Part shown: piece after piece, positions 18,940-26,532 of the stretch
Numbering within the stretch: position 1 is the stretch's first letter
How the letters are laid out: each line of letters starts with the position of its first letter
DNA from: Candidatus Rokuibacteriota bacterium
GTDB lineage: Bacteria > Methylomirabilota > Methylomirabilia > Rokubacteriales > CSP1-6
DNA: 64,000 nt
Reading direction: 5' to 3'
Assembly (NCBI GenBank): GCA_003220615.1
Contig: QHTB01000128.1
Span: forward strand, 11,839-75,838
The notes under the pieces: generated by a model
Told to the model about the DNA's origin: nothing
Databases searched by the model: none
What the model saw: the letters and a program-made list of their open reading frames with translations, nothing else
Position numbers and translations under genes: made by a program

Positions 18940-20304
18940 GTGACGAAAGTGGTCATCATCGGTGCGGGCAAGGGCGGGCGAGCCCTGCTCGAGATGTTCG
19001 TCGGCGACGCCACCGTGTCCATCCTGGGCGTGGCCGATGTCAATCCGTGGGCGCCCGGCATCGAGTTCGCCCGCCGCTTCAACATCCCGGTCACCACGGA
19101 CTTGCGAGAGTTCGTGACCGATCCGCGGACCGACCTCATCATCGACGTCACCGGCAGCCCCGAGGTGCACGAGACGATCTTGCGGTCGAAACCGCCGGGG
19201 GCCGAGGTCATGGGCGGTCTCAGCGCGCGCTTCGTGTGGGATCTGCTGGCCGAACGGAAACGCACCGAGGAGCTGGAAGACCGCTACTCGCTGGTGGTGC
19301 GCGAGCTGCAGGCCCAGGAAGGTGACTTCATCATCGGCCAGAACCCCAAGATGCGAGAGATTGCCGAGCTGGTGGCGCGGGTCGCGCCGGCGCCGACGAC
19401 CGTTTTAGTGCGCGGCGAGTCCGGAACCGGGAAGGAGTTAGTGGCTCGGGCCATCCACAAGTACTCGCCCCTTCGCGACAAGCCACTCCTGACCGTCAAT
19501 TGCACGGCGCTGACGCCCTCGCTGATGGAATCCGAATTGTTCGGCCATCGGCGAGGAGCATTCACCGGAGCCATCGCGGACAAGGTCGGCCTGTTCGAGA
19601 AGGCGGACGGCGGCACGATCTTCCTCGACGAAATCGGTGATATGCCGCTCGAGATGCAGGGCAAGCTCCTCCGCGTGCTCCAGGCCGGCGAGATCAAGCC
19701 GGTCGGCGACGTCGCGACGCGGCGTGTGCGCGTTCGCGTCATCGCCGCGACGAACCGGGATCTGGAGACCGCGATGCAACGCACGGAATTCCGAGAGGAC
19801 CTCTTCTATCGGTTCAATGCGTTCACGATCACCCTTCCTGGGCTTCGCGAACGGATGGAGGACCTGCCGGTCCTGGCCTATCACTTCCTTCGCAAAGCGG
19901 AAGCGAAGGTCAACAAGAAGGTGGAGCGGATCTCGACTGACGCCCTGGACCTCCTCAAGCGATATCCCTGGCCAGGGAACCTTCGCGAGCTCGAGAACAT
20001 CATCGAGCGAGCGGTTGTTCTCACCCGTGATCGGTCGGTCGAGCCCGAGCATCTACCCCTTCACCTGCAGGAATCCCGCGGCTTCACGGGTCCCTCCGAC
20101 GATGGCCTGCTTGCGGGGAAGGAACGGCTCGTCCGTGAATTCGAGCGTCAAGCTGTCCTGCGCTTCCTTCGGGAGAGTCGCGGCAACATTTCGGCAGCGG
20201 CCAAGAAAGCTCGAATTACGCGGCGGAACTTTCACCGGCTCCTGCTCAAGCACCGCATATCCGCTGAAGAATTTCGATCTGAGACAGTCAAGTCTCATCA
20301 GTGA
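18940..20304 (+). CDS. Sigma-54-dependent transcriptional activator (bacterial EBP) with a Rossmann-like N-terminal domain
   Basis: AAA+ core with GESGTGKE, the signature GAFTGA, a C-terminal Fis-type HTH (RGNISAAAKKARITRRNFHRLL), and N-terminal VVIIGAGKGGRALLEMF (GxGxxG). GTG start. Confidence 0.9.
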   Translation: MTKVVIIGAGKGGRALLEMFVGDATVSILGVADVNPWAPGIEFARRFNIPVTTDLREFVTDPRTDLIIDVTGSPEVHETILRSKPPGAEVMGGLSARFVWDLLAERKRTEELEDRYSLVVRELQAQEGDFIIGQNPKMREIAELVARVAPAPTTVLVRGESGTGKELVARAIHKYSPLRDKPLLTVNCTALTPSLMESELFGHRRGAFTGAIADKVGLFEKADGGTIFLDEIGDMPLEMQGKLLRVLQAGEIKPVGDVATRRVRVRVIAATNRDLETAMQRTEFREDLFYRFNAFTITLPGLRERMEDLPVLAYHFLRKAEAKVNKKVERISTDALDLLKRYPWPGNLRELENIIERAVVLTRDRSVEPEHLPLHLQESRGFTGPSDDGLLAGKERLVREFERQAVLRFLRESRGNISAAAKKARITRRNFHRLLLKHRISAEEFRSETVKSHQ

Positions 20305-20320
20305 GACTATTAGGTCTCAC
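20280..20320. promoter_or_regulatory. Candidate upstream activator sites: two tandem palindromes with 11-nt-phased GAGAC/GTCTC half-sites
   Basis: TGAGAC-AGTCAA-GTCTCA (20280-20297) and GTGAGAC-TATTAG-GTCTCAC (20301-20320). Pentamer starts at 20281, 20292, 20303 and 20314. The array overlaps the last codons and the stop of the EBP gene, 130-175 nt upstream of the -24/-12-like element. Confidence 0.5.
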
Positions 20321-20423
20321 TGACTATTTAGACCTAACCTAATGATTCTATAACACTATTTCGCCAGCTATGCACTCAGATTGCTGAGTCGTAGATGTCT
20401 CACCTTAATACTTACCTCAGTAT

Positions 20424-20436
20424 TATCAGTACTTTA
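20424..20436 (+). promoter_or_regulatory. IHF-like site
   Basis: TATCAGTACTTTA compared with WATCARNNNNTTR, in the AT-rich spacer between the palindromes and the -24/-12 element. Confidence 0.3.
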
Positions 20437-20451
20437 AGTTGCGGCATCCCC

Positions 20452-20466
20452 TGGAACGTCTCTTGA
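20452..20466 (+). promoter_or_regulatory. Sigma-54 (-24/-12) promoter candidate
   Basis: TGGAACGTCTCTTGA has GG-N10-GA spacing identical to TGGCAC-N5-TTGC. The -12 element is TTGA rather than TTGC. It lies about 40 nt upstream of the first mini-protein ATG. Confidence 0.45.
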
Positions 20467-20503
20467 ATTAGTTCCTGTCTGAGCGCCATTAGGAGGAGAC
20501 GCC

Positions 20504-20695
20504 ATGGGCGGGAATTGTAGCTGCGGTACCGAACGCTCCCACGCACGACCGACTCTGGGGTGCCTGGAATGCGGAGCGCCTTGCTGCTCGGCATGTGCCG
20601 TTCCTCTCGAATCCGTGACCTATTGCCGTAGCTGCGCAGGATCCCTGCTGGGCGCGACGAACGTGTGCGCTGCTGGAACCTTCGAGCTGCACTGA
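20504..20695 (+). CDS. Cysteine-rich mini-protein 1 (63 aa, 10 Cys), zinc-ribbon/B-box-like, uncharacterised
   Basis: MGGNCSCGTERSHARPTLGCLECGAPCCSACAVPLESVTYCRSCAGSLL... SD AGGAGG lies 7 nt upstream. Its paralogue lies immediately downstream. Confidence 0.7.
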   Translation: MGGNCSCGTERSHARPTLGCLECGAPCCSACAVPLESVTYCRSCAGSLLGATNVCAAGTFELH

Positions 20696-20703
20696 GGCCA
20701 GTC

Positions 20704-20862
20704 ATGACCAACACTTGCGAGTGCGAGACGACCCTGGAACGTGCGGCAAGTGCCGCTCCTTGCCAGGAATGCGGTACGGCGTGCTGCCGGAGCTGCGCGC
20801 TGGAAATCGAGACCGAGACCTATTGCCGCTGGTGCGCCACGTCGCTGGTCGCGGCGGCCTGA
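20704..20862 (+). CDS. Cysteine-rich mini-protein 2 (52 aa, 9 Cys), paralogue of mini-protein 1
   Basis: MTNTCECETTLERAASAAPCQECGTACCRSCALEIETETYCRWCATSLVAAA. Cys at positions 5, 7, 20, 23, 27, 28, 31, 41 and 44, exactly as in mini-protein 1. GAGG lies upstream. It starts 8 nt after the previous stop (internal Met of ORF 20665..20862). Confidence 0.65.
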   Translation: MTNTCECETTLERAASAAPCQECGTACCRSCALEIETETYCRWCATSLVAAA

Positions 20863-20877
20863 CAAGGAGCGCCTCTC

Positions 20878-21849
20878 ATGGAGAGCATGGGGAAGAAGTT
20901 TCGGCAGCTGCTGAAGGATGAGGAATACCTGTTCACCGGCGGCGTGTACTCGCCGCTGGATGCGCAGATCGCCGAGCGGGTCGGCATGAAGTCGATCTAC
21001 CTCAGCGGCTACTCGGTCGCCATGGCCAACGGGTGGCCGGACATGGGCTTCCTCACCATGACCGAGGTGACGCGCATTTCGTCGATGGTCCAGTCCGCGG
21101 TGAGCATTCCGGTCATCGCCGATGCCGATGACGGCTACGGCAATGCGCTGAGCACGATGCGCACCGTCCAGGAATTCATCAAGACGGGCGTCGCCGGGAT
21201 TCACCTCGAGGACCAGCGGTTTCCGAAGCGTTGCGGTCACATCGCGGGAAAGACGATCGTGAGTCGCGAAGAGGCGATCGGGAAATATCGGGCCGCCATC
21301 GACATGCGAAACCAGCACGACCCGAACTTCGTCGTCATCGCGCGGACGGATGCGTTCGGCGCCGTCGGCGGCAGCCTCGAGGAAGCCATCTGGCGCGGAC
21401 GTGCCTACGCCGACCTCGGTGTCGACCTCGTGTGGTCAGAATTCTCGAACGCGGGCCGCGAGCCCGCCATCGCCTTCGCCAAGGCCATGCGGCAGACCCA
21501 CCCGAATCTCCCGCTCGCCTTCAACTACTCGTCCTCGTTCCGGTGGAGCAGCGACGCGAATCCGTTCCTGTTCCGCGAGCTGGGTGATCTCGGCTACAAG
21601 TTCATCTTCATCACGCTCTACGCGGCCCACGCGGGGATGCACGCCGTGTGGAATGCCATGGAAGACCTGGTGAAGAACCAGGAGCAGGCCCAGTGGACGC
21701 TCGAGAAGCTGAAGGCCGGCCATCCGACTGAAAGCCACCACGTGATGGCTCGCGTGTCCCACTTCCAGGAACTGGAGAAGCTCTACATTCCCGGCAGCGA
21801 GGATCGGATCAAGAGCTCCCACGGGTTCGACGACCACCGAGCTCACTGA
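20878..21849 (+). CDS. Isocitrate lyase / PEP mutase superfamily enzyme (lyase-type, PrpB-sized)
   Basis: Mg-site IADADDGYGN, HLEDQ, and catalytic loop FPKRCGHIAGK (the K[KR]CGH signature). SD AAGGAG. 323 aa. Confidence 0.85.
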   Translation: MESMGKKFRQLLKDEEYLFTGGVYSPLDAQIAERVGMKSIYLSGYSVAMANGWPDMGFLTMTEVTRISSMVQSAVSIPVIADADDGYGNALSTMRTVQEFIKTGVAGIHLEDQRFPKRCGHIAGKTIVSREEAIGKYRAAIDMRNQHDPNFVVIARTDAFGAVGGSLEEAIWRGRAYADLGVDLVWSEFSNAGREPAIAFAKAMRQTHPNLPLAFNYSSSFRWSSDANPFLFRELGDLGYKFIFITLYAAHAGMHAVWNAMEDLVKNQEQAQWTLEKLKAGHPTESHHVMARVSHFQELEKLYIPGSEDRIKSSHGFDDHRAH

Positions 21850-21868
21850 CACATTCGTTGACTCAACG

Positions 21869-21912
21869 CCCCGGGGTCCGGTCTCCGCACCGGACCCCGG
21901 GGTTTCTGCTTT
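21869..21912 (+). terminator. Strong intrinsic terminator closing the mini-protein/ICL-like operon
   Basis: A 14-bp perfect stem CCCCGGGGTCCGGT / ACCGGACCCCGGGG with loop CTCCGC, followed by TTTCTGCTTTC. Confidence 0.8.
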
Positions 21913-21949
21913 CGCTGACCCCGCCGGCCTCCGCGGTATCATCGGCTTC

Positions 21950-23773
21950 GTGCGTCTGCACCGCCTGAAGCGCGTCTTCGTCGGCACACCGCTTCCCACG
22001 GCGCAGCAGCGCCACGAGCGCCTGGGCAAGGCTACCGCCCTGGCGACCTTCGCCTCCGACGCCCTGTCCTCCGTGGCCTACGCAACCGAAGAAATCCTGC
22101 TCGTTCTGGTGCTCGCGAGTGCCGTCGCGCTGAGCTATTCGTTGCCGATCGGCATTGCCATCGCGCTGCTCATCGCCATCGTCGTCAGCTCGTACCGCCA
22201 GACGATTCGCGCGTACCCGAAAGGCGGGGGCGCGTACATCGTCACCAAGGACAACCTCGGGGTCTTCCCGGGCCTGGTGGCCGCGGCCGCGCTGCTGATC
22301 GATTACGTCCTGACGGTCGCCGTGAGCGTTGCCGCCGGCGTCGCCGCCGTCACCTCGGCGCTGCCGGGCATGTTTCCCTATCGCGTCACCCTCTGTCTGC
22401 TCGCGGTCGGCGCCATCGCGACGGCGAACCTCCGGGGGATCCGTGAGTCCGGCAAGCTGTTCGCCGCACCGACGTATCTGTTCGTGGGAAGCCTCCTTGC
22501 TCTGATTGGCTACGGTGCAGTGGCCGCGATCTTCAATCTCATTCCGGAGGCTCCCTACCAGCCGCATCCGCCTGGTCTCGAAGGCATCGGAGTCTTCCTT
22601 CTTCTCCGTGCCTTCGCGTCGGGCTGCGCGGCACTGACCGGCGTGGAAGCGGTCTCGGACGGTGTGCCGGCGTTCAAGCCGCCCGAGGCGCACAACGCGC
22701 GGATCGTCCTCACCTGGCTCGGGGCCATCCTCATCACGCTCTTCCTCGGCATCACGTTCCTGGCGTACGACCTGGGCATCACGCCTCAGGCGCACGAAAC
22801 GGTGATCTCGCAGCTCGCGCGGCGACTCTTGGGGGGCGCCGGTCTCCTCTATTACGAGATCCAGGCCGTGACGATGCTCATCCTCCTGCTGGCCGCGAAC
22901 ACGTCGTTCGCCGACTTTCCTCGGCTGTCGTTCTTCCTCGCCCGGGACCGTTTCATCCCGCGCCAGTTCGGGACTCAGGGCGACCGGCTCGTGTTCTCGA
23001 ATGGCATCCTCATCCTGGGCGGACTCGCCGCGGTACTGCTGGTGATCTTCCGTGGCGACACCCACGCGCTCATCCCGCTCTATGCCGTCGGCGTGTTCAT
23101 CTCCTTCACGCTGTCGCAGGCCGCCATGGTTCGGCGCTGGTTCCGCGTGCGCGGTGATGGATGGACCTGGCGGGCCGGTCTCAACGGGTTGGGCGCATTC
23201 GTCACCGGCATCGTCATGCTGACCATCGCGGTGACGAAGTTCGTGCACGGCGCGTGGATCGTCGTGTTGCTCATTCCCACGCTGATCGCGGCCTTCATGA
23301 CGGTCCGCCGTCATTACGAAGAAGTGGCCGGTCAGCTCTCGCTGGAAGGGTTCGCGGCGCCGCCGATCACGAACTCGGTCCTCGTGCTGGTCGGTGATCT
23401 TCACCGCGGTGTCGTGAAGGCGGTCCAGTACGCGCAGTCGCTGTCACCGAGTGCCAAGGCCGTCTACGTCGAGATCGATCCCGAGCGGACGCACCGGCTG
23501 GAGGAGCGATGGGGCAAGTGGGGCATGGGCGCGCCGCTCATCGTCCTGACGTCGCCATACCGCTCGCTGCTCGGGCCGCTGCTCGAGTACATCGATCACC
23601 TGCAGGAAAAGGGTGGCGAAAACCACATCGTGACGATCGTGGTGCCGGAATTCATCCCGGCGCGCTGGTGGCAACAACTCCTCCACAACCAGACCGCGCT
23701 GTTGATCAAGGGACAGCTGCTCTTCAGGAAGAACGTCGTCGTGACCGACGTTCCCTACCACCTGAGGCACTGA
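21950..23773 (+). CDS. APC-superfamily amino-acid/polyamine permease with a ~200-aa cytoplasmic C-terminal domain
   Basis: N-terminus LGKATALATFASDALSSVAYATEEIL, 12 hydrophobic segments, and a soluble tail. GTG start. Confidence 0.8.
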   Translation: MRLHRLKRVFVGTPLPTAQQRHERLGKATALATFASDALSSVAYATEEILLVLVLASAVALSYSLPIGIAIALLIAIVVSSYRQTIRAYPKGGGAYIVTKDNLGVFPGLVAAAALLIDYVLTVAVSVAAGVAAVTSALPGMFPYRVTLCLLAVGAIATANLRGIRESGKLFAAPTYLFVGSLLALIGYGAVAAIFNLIPEAPYQPHPPGLEGIGVFLLLRAFASGCAALTGVEAVSDGVPAFKPPEAHNARIVLTWLGAILITLFLGITFLAYDLGITPQAHETVISQLARRLLGGAGLLYYEIQAVTMLILLLAANTSFADFPRLSFFLARDRFIPRQFGTQGDRLVFSNGILILGGLAAVLLVIFRGDTHALIPLYAVGVFISFTLSQAAMVRRWFRVRGDGWTWRAGLNGLGAFVTGIVMLTIAVTKFVHGAWIVVLLIPTLIAAFMTVRRHYEEVAGQLSLEGFAAPPITNSVLVLVGDLHRGVVKAVQYAQSLSPSAKAVYVEIDPERTHRLEERWGKWGMGAPLIVLTSPYRSLLGPLLEYIDHLQEKGGENHIVTIVVPEFIPARWWQQLLHNQTALLIKGQLLFRKNVVVTDVPYHLRH

Positions 23774-23876
23774 CGCCCAACGGCTGCCGTCGGCGTGCGT
23801 TCCTGCGCTCGGCGACTCGACCGACGGCTGGGGCTCAGAGCGACTTTGATACACTTGAACTCCGCGTGATGATTCG

Positions 23877-24797
23877 ATGAACGTCGTTCTCACCCCCGAC
23901 GGGCCTCTCGACGCCGCTGCCACGCTCTCCCGCTATCGGATCTGGGGCGAGGATCCCGTGAACCGTCTGGGCGACGGCGTGTTCCGCCGGGTCGTGCGTC
24001 GGGGGAACCAGCTCGTGCCGTACGAGGTGCGCTGGCAAGGGTCCGTCGACGATCCGAAACTGCTCCTGCGCATCGTCGGCCGGCGGGCCGCCGGCGTGAC
24101 CGACGCCGTGCTGAGCGAAGTGCGTCAGCTGTTCGGCCTCGATTTCGATCTTCCCGGCTTCTACCGGCTGGCCAAGGCCGATCGCGCGCTGGCCGGCCTC
24201 ATCGAGCCGCTCTACGGCTTGCGACCCACCCTGGCGCCCACTGCCATCGAGATGCTGGTCGGCTCCATCACCGCCCAGCAGCTGAATCTCGCGTTCGCCT
24301 TCACGCTGCGGGCGCGCCTGGTCAAGCGCTACGGCGAGTGTGTCCGAGTCGGTGGCGACGACGTGTACGCGTTCCCCGCGCCGGCCGTGCTCGCGCGGGT
24401 TCGCGTGGCGTCACTCCGGACCATGCAGTTCTCGACCGCCAAGGCCGTCGCCATTCGCGGTGTCGCCCGCGCCATGCTCGACGGAGGCATCGATCACGCA
24501 GCGCTCGTCACGGCCGACAACGCCGAGATCATCGCGCGGCTCACCGCGCTGCGCGGGATTGGACGATGGACGGCCGACTGGTACATGGCGCGATGCCTCG
24601 GGCGCGGCGACGTCTGCCCGGCGGGTGACCTGGCCGTGCGGAAGGCGTTCCATCATTACTATGGTCGCGGCCGGACGTTCAAAGAGGAGGCGATCCGCCG
24701 GCGGGCGGCTGCCTGGGGTCCCTATCAGACGCTGGCTGTGCACTACCTGCTGGCCGGCATGCGTCTCAGCAAGCCGACGGTCGGCGGCGGAACTTGA
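23877..24797 (+). CDS. alkA: DNA-3-methyladenine glycosylase II (AlkA-like, HhH-GPD)
   Basis: GSITAQQLNLAFA, the HhH motif LTALRGIGRWTADWYM, and the catalytic Asp region PAGDLAVRKAF. Confidence 0.8.
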   Translation: MNVVLTPDGPLDAAATLSRYRIWGEDPVNRLGDGVFRRVVRRGNQLVPYEVRWQGSVDDPKLLLRIVGRRAAGVTDAVLSEVRQLFGLDFDLPGFYRLAKADRALAGLIEPLYGLRPTLAPTAIEMLVGSITAQQLNLAFAFTLRARLVKRYGECVRVGGDDVYAFPAPAVLARVRVASLRTMQFSTAKAVAIRGVARAMLDGGIDHAALVTADNAEIIARLTALRGIGRWTADWYMARCLGRGDVCPAGDLAVRKAFHHYYGRGRTFKEEAIRRRAAAWGPYQTLAVHYLLAGMRLSKPTVGGGT

Positions 24798-25120
24798 ACC
24801 GGAAGCTGCTGTTACCCCTCCTGGGTCAGCCCGACCCGAACACACCGAAGGACGTTCATCTCGTTGGCCGGTATGCCGTCGGCATCACGTGGGGCGACGA
24901 ACACGGCAGCATCTATCCTTTCGAGCGTCTCCGGCGTGACTGCCCGTGCGGTGCGTGCGCGTCGCTCGACACGTTGACGCAGACGATGGCCTGGCCCACC
25001 GACATCAAGCGGATTCCCGAGGGCCTCCGCGTCACGTGGGCCGATGGTCACACGAGCCTGTATCCCTATCCGGATCTTCGCGCGCTCTGCCGATGCGCGG
25101 GGTGTACGGGCGGGCACTGA
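24794..25120 (+). CDS. DUF971-family protein
   Basis: Two DUF971-like half repeats (ITWGDEHGSIYPFERLRRDCPCGAC and VTWADGHTSLYPYPDLRALCRCAGC). The start codon is uncertain. Confidence 0.7.
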   Translation: MNRKLLLPLLGQPDPNTPKDVHLVGRYAVGITWGDEHGSIYPFERLRRDCPCGACASLDTLTQTMAWPTDIKRIPEGLRVTWADGHTSLYPYPDLRALCRCAGCTGGH

Positions 25121-26532
25121 TGGACGACGCGCGCCGACGCCGGGTGCTCTTCGGAATCATGCTCTCGATCTTCCTGGGCGCCATGGAATCGACGGTGGTC
25201 GCCACCGCGATGCCGAAAGTCGTGGGCAGCCTGGGCGGGCTCTCGATCTACTCGTGGGTGTTCTCCGGATTCCTGCTCACGTCCACGGTGACGATGCCGC
25301 TGTGGGGCCGGCTGTCGGATCTCTACGGCCGCCGGCCGATGTATCTCGGGGGCCTCACCATCTTCCTGGTCGGCTCGGCGCTCTCGGGCGCAGCGCAGAA
25401 CATGACCGAGCTGATCGCGTTCCGGATGCTGCAGGGCCTCGGCGCCGGATCACTGATCACGATCGGCATGACGATCATCGGCGAGCTATTCGGCCTCGAG
25501 CGGCGCGCGAAGATGCAGGGCTACTTCTCAGGCGTCTGGGGGCTCGCGTCCTTGATCGGGCCGCTCCTGGGCGGTGTGCTCGCCGACCACGTGTCGTGGC
25601 GCTGGGTGTTCTACATCAACGTCCCCTTCGGGCTGATCGGGATGGCACTCATCGCCACCGGACTGGCCGGCGAGGCGCGCCCGTCGCAGCGTCCGGTCAT
25701 CGACTATTCGGGCGTTGCGCTCTTCGCCGCCGGCGTGTCGGCGCTCCTCCTCGGTGTCGTGGCCGCAGGGCAGACCGGGACGTGGCAGCACTTCGATGTC
25801 GTCGCGCCCCTGGTCGTCGCTGCCCTGGCCCTCGCGGGCTTCATTGTCGTCGAACGGAGGGCCGTGGATCCAATCGTGCCGCTCCGACTGTTCAGCAACC
25901 GCATCGTGGTCGCCGCCGTCGTCACCGGGTTCCTGGCCGGCGTGGCGATGTTCGGTGCGATCTCGTTCGTCCCGCTCTTCATGCAAGCCGTGGTGGGTAG
26001 CTCGGCGACCCAGGCCGGCTTCGTGCTCACGCCCTTCGTGCTCGGGTGGGTGGTGTGCTCGATCATCGGCGCGCGTCTGGTCTTTCGCGTCGGCTATCGG
26101 GGCCTGGTCCTGGCCGGGATGGCGTGCCTCACGCTGGCGTTTCTCCTCTTCACTCGGTGGAGCGCGACCCTCACCTCGGGTGAGGCGATGCGCGACGTCC
26201 TCGTGGCCGGCGTCGGAATGGGCCTGAACATGGTGCCGATGCTCATCGCCGTGCAGAGCGCGGTGGACCGCAAGGATCTCGGCATCGCGACGTCGATGAC
26301 GCAATTCTTCCGGGCCGTTGGTGGCGCGATCGGTGTGTCCGTGATGGGGACGGTGATGTCGTGGCGACTGGGCGCCGGCCTCGGGATGGCTGGCGCGCTC
26401 CACGGCGTGTTCGTGATGGGCCTCATCGTGTGCGTGGCCGCGGTCGCCTCGGCCTTCCTGGTGCCCGCCGGCCGTGCGCGTGAGCTCGCCCGTGCCGACA
26501 TGCGGGGTGAACCGACCCGGGCCGGAGGATAG
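25120..26532 (+). CDS. MFS transporter, DHA2 (EmrB/QacA-like, 14-TMS) type
   Basis: MDDARRRRVLFGIMLSIFLGAMESTVVATAMP..., GRLSDLYGRRPMY. The ATG overlaps the DUF971 stop (ATGA). Confidence 0.85.
   Translation: MDDARRRRVLFGIMLSIFLGAMESTVVATAMPKVVGSLGGLSIYSWVFSGFLLTSTVTMPLWGRLSDLYGRRPMYLGGLTIFLVGSALSGAAQNMTELIAFRMLQGLGAGSLITIGMTIIGELFGLERRAKMQGYFSGVWGLASLIGPLLGGVLADHVSWRWVFYINVPFGLIGMALIATGLAGEARPSQRPVIDYSGVALFAAGVSALLLGVVAAGQTGTWQHFDVVAPLVVAALALAGFIVVERRAVDPIVPLRLFSNRIVVAAVVTGFLAGVAMFGAISFVPLFMQAVVGSSATQAGFVLTPFVLGWVVCSIIGARLVFRVGYRGLVLAGMACLTLAFLLFTRWSATLTSGEAMRDVLVAGVGMGLNMVPMLIAVQSAVDRKDLGIATSMTQFFRAVGGAIGVSVMGTVMSWRLGAGLGMAGALHGVFVMGLIVCVAAVASAFLVPAGRARELARADMRGEPTRAGG

Noticed and set aside
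20281-20340. The periodic GAGAC/GTCTC array as a CRISPR-like or mobile-element terminal repeat.
   Set aside because: It has only four 5-nt units with 6-nt spacers and alternating orientation, with no cas or transposase genes. The geometry fits transcription-factor dyads.
20370-20385. Alternative sigma-54 promoter ATGCAC-TCAGA-TTGCT.
   Set aside because: It has a perfect -12 element, but the essentially invariant -24 GG is TG. It lies only ~50-90 nt from the dyads. It is kept as a fallback if TSS mapping disfavours 20452-20466.
20504-20862. The Cys-rich peptides as RiPP (lanthipeptide, ranthipeptide or similar) precursors.
   Set aside because: The unit contains no radical-SAM enzyme, LanM/LanB, cyclodehydratase, peptidase or export gene. 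The operon is closed by a terminator right after the ICL-like gene, and the conserved Cys register looks like metal ligands.
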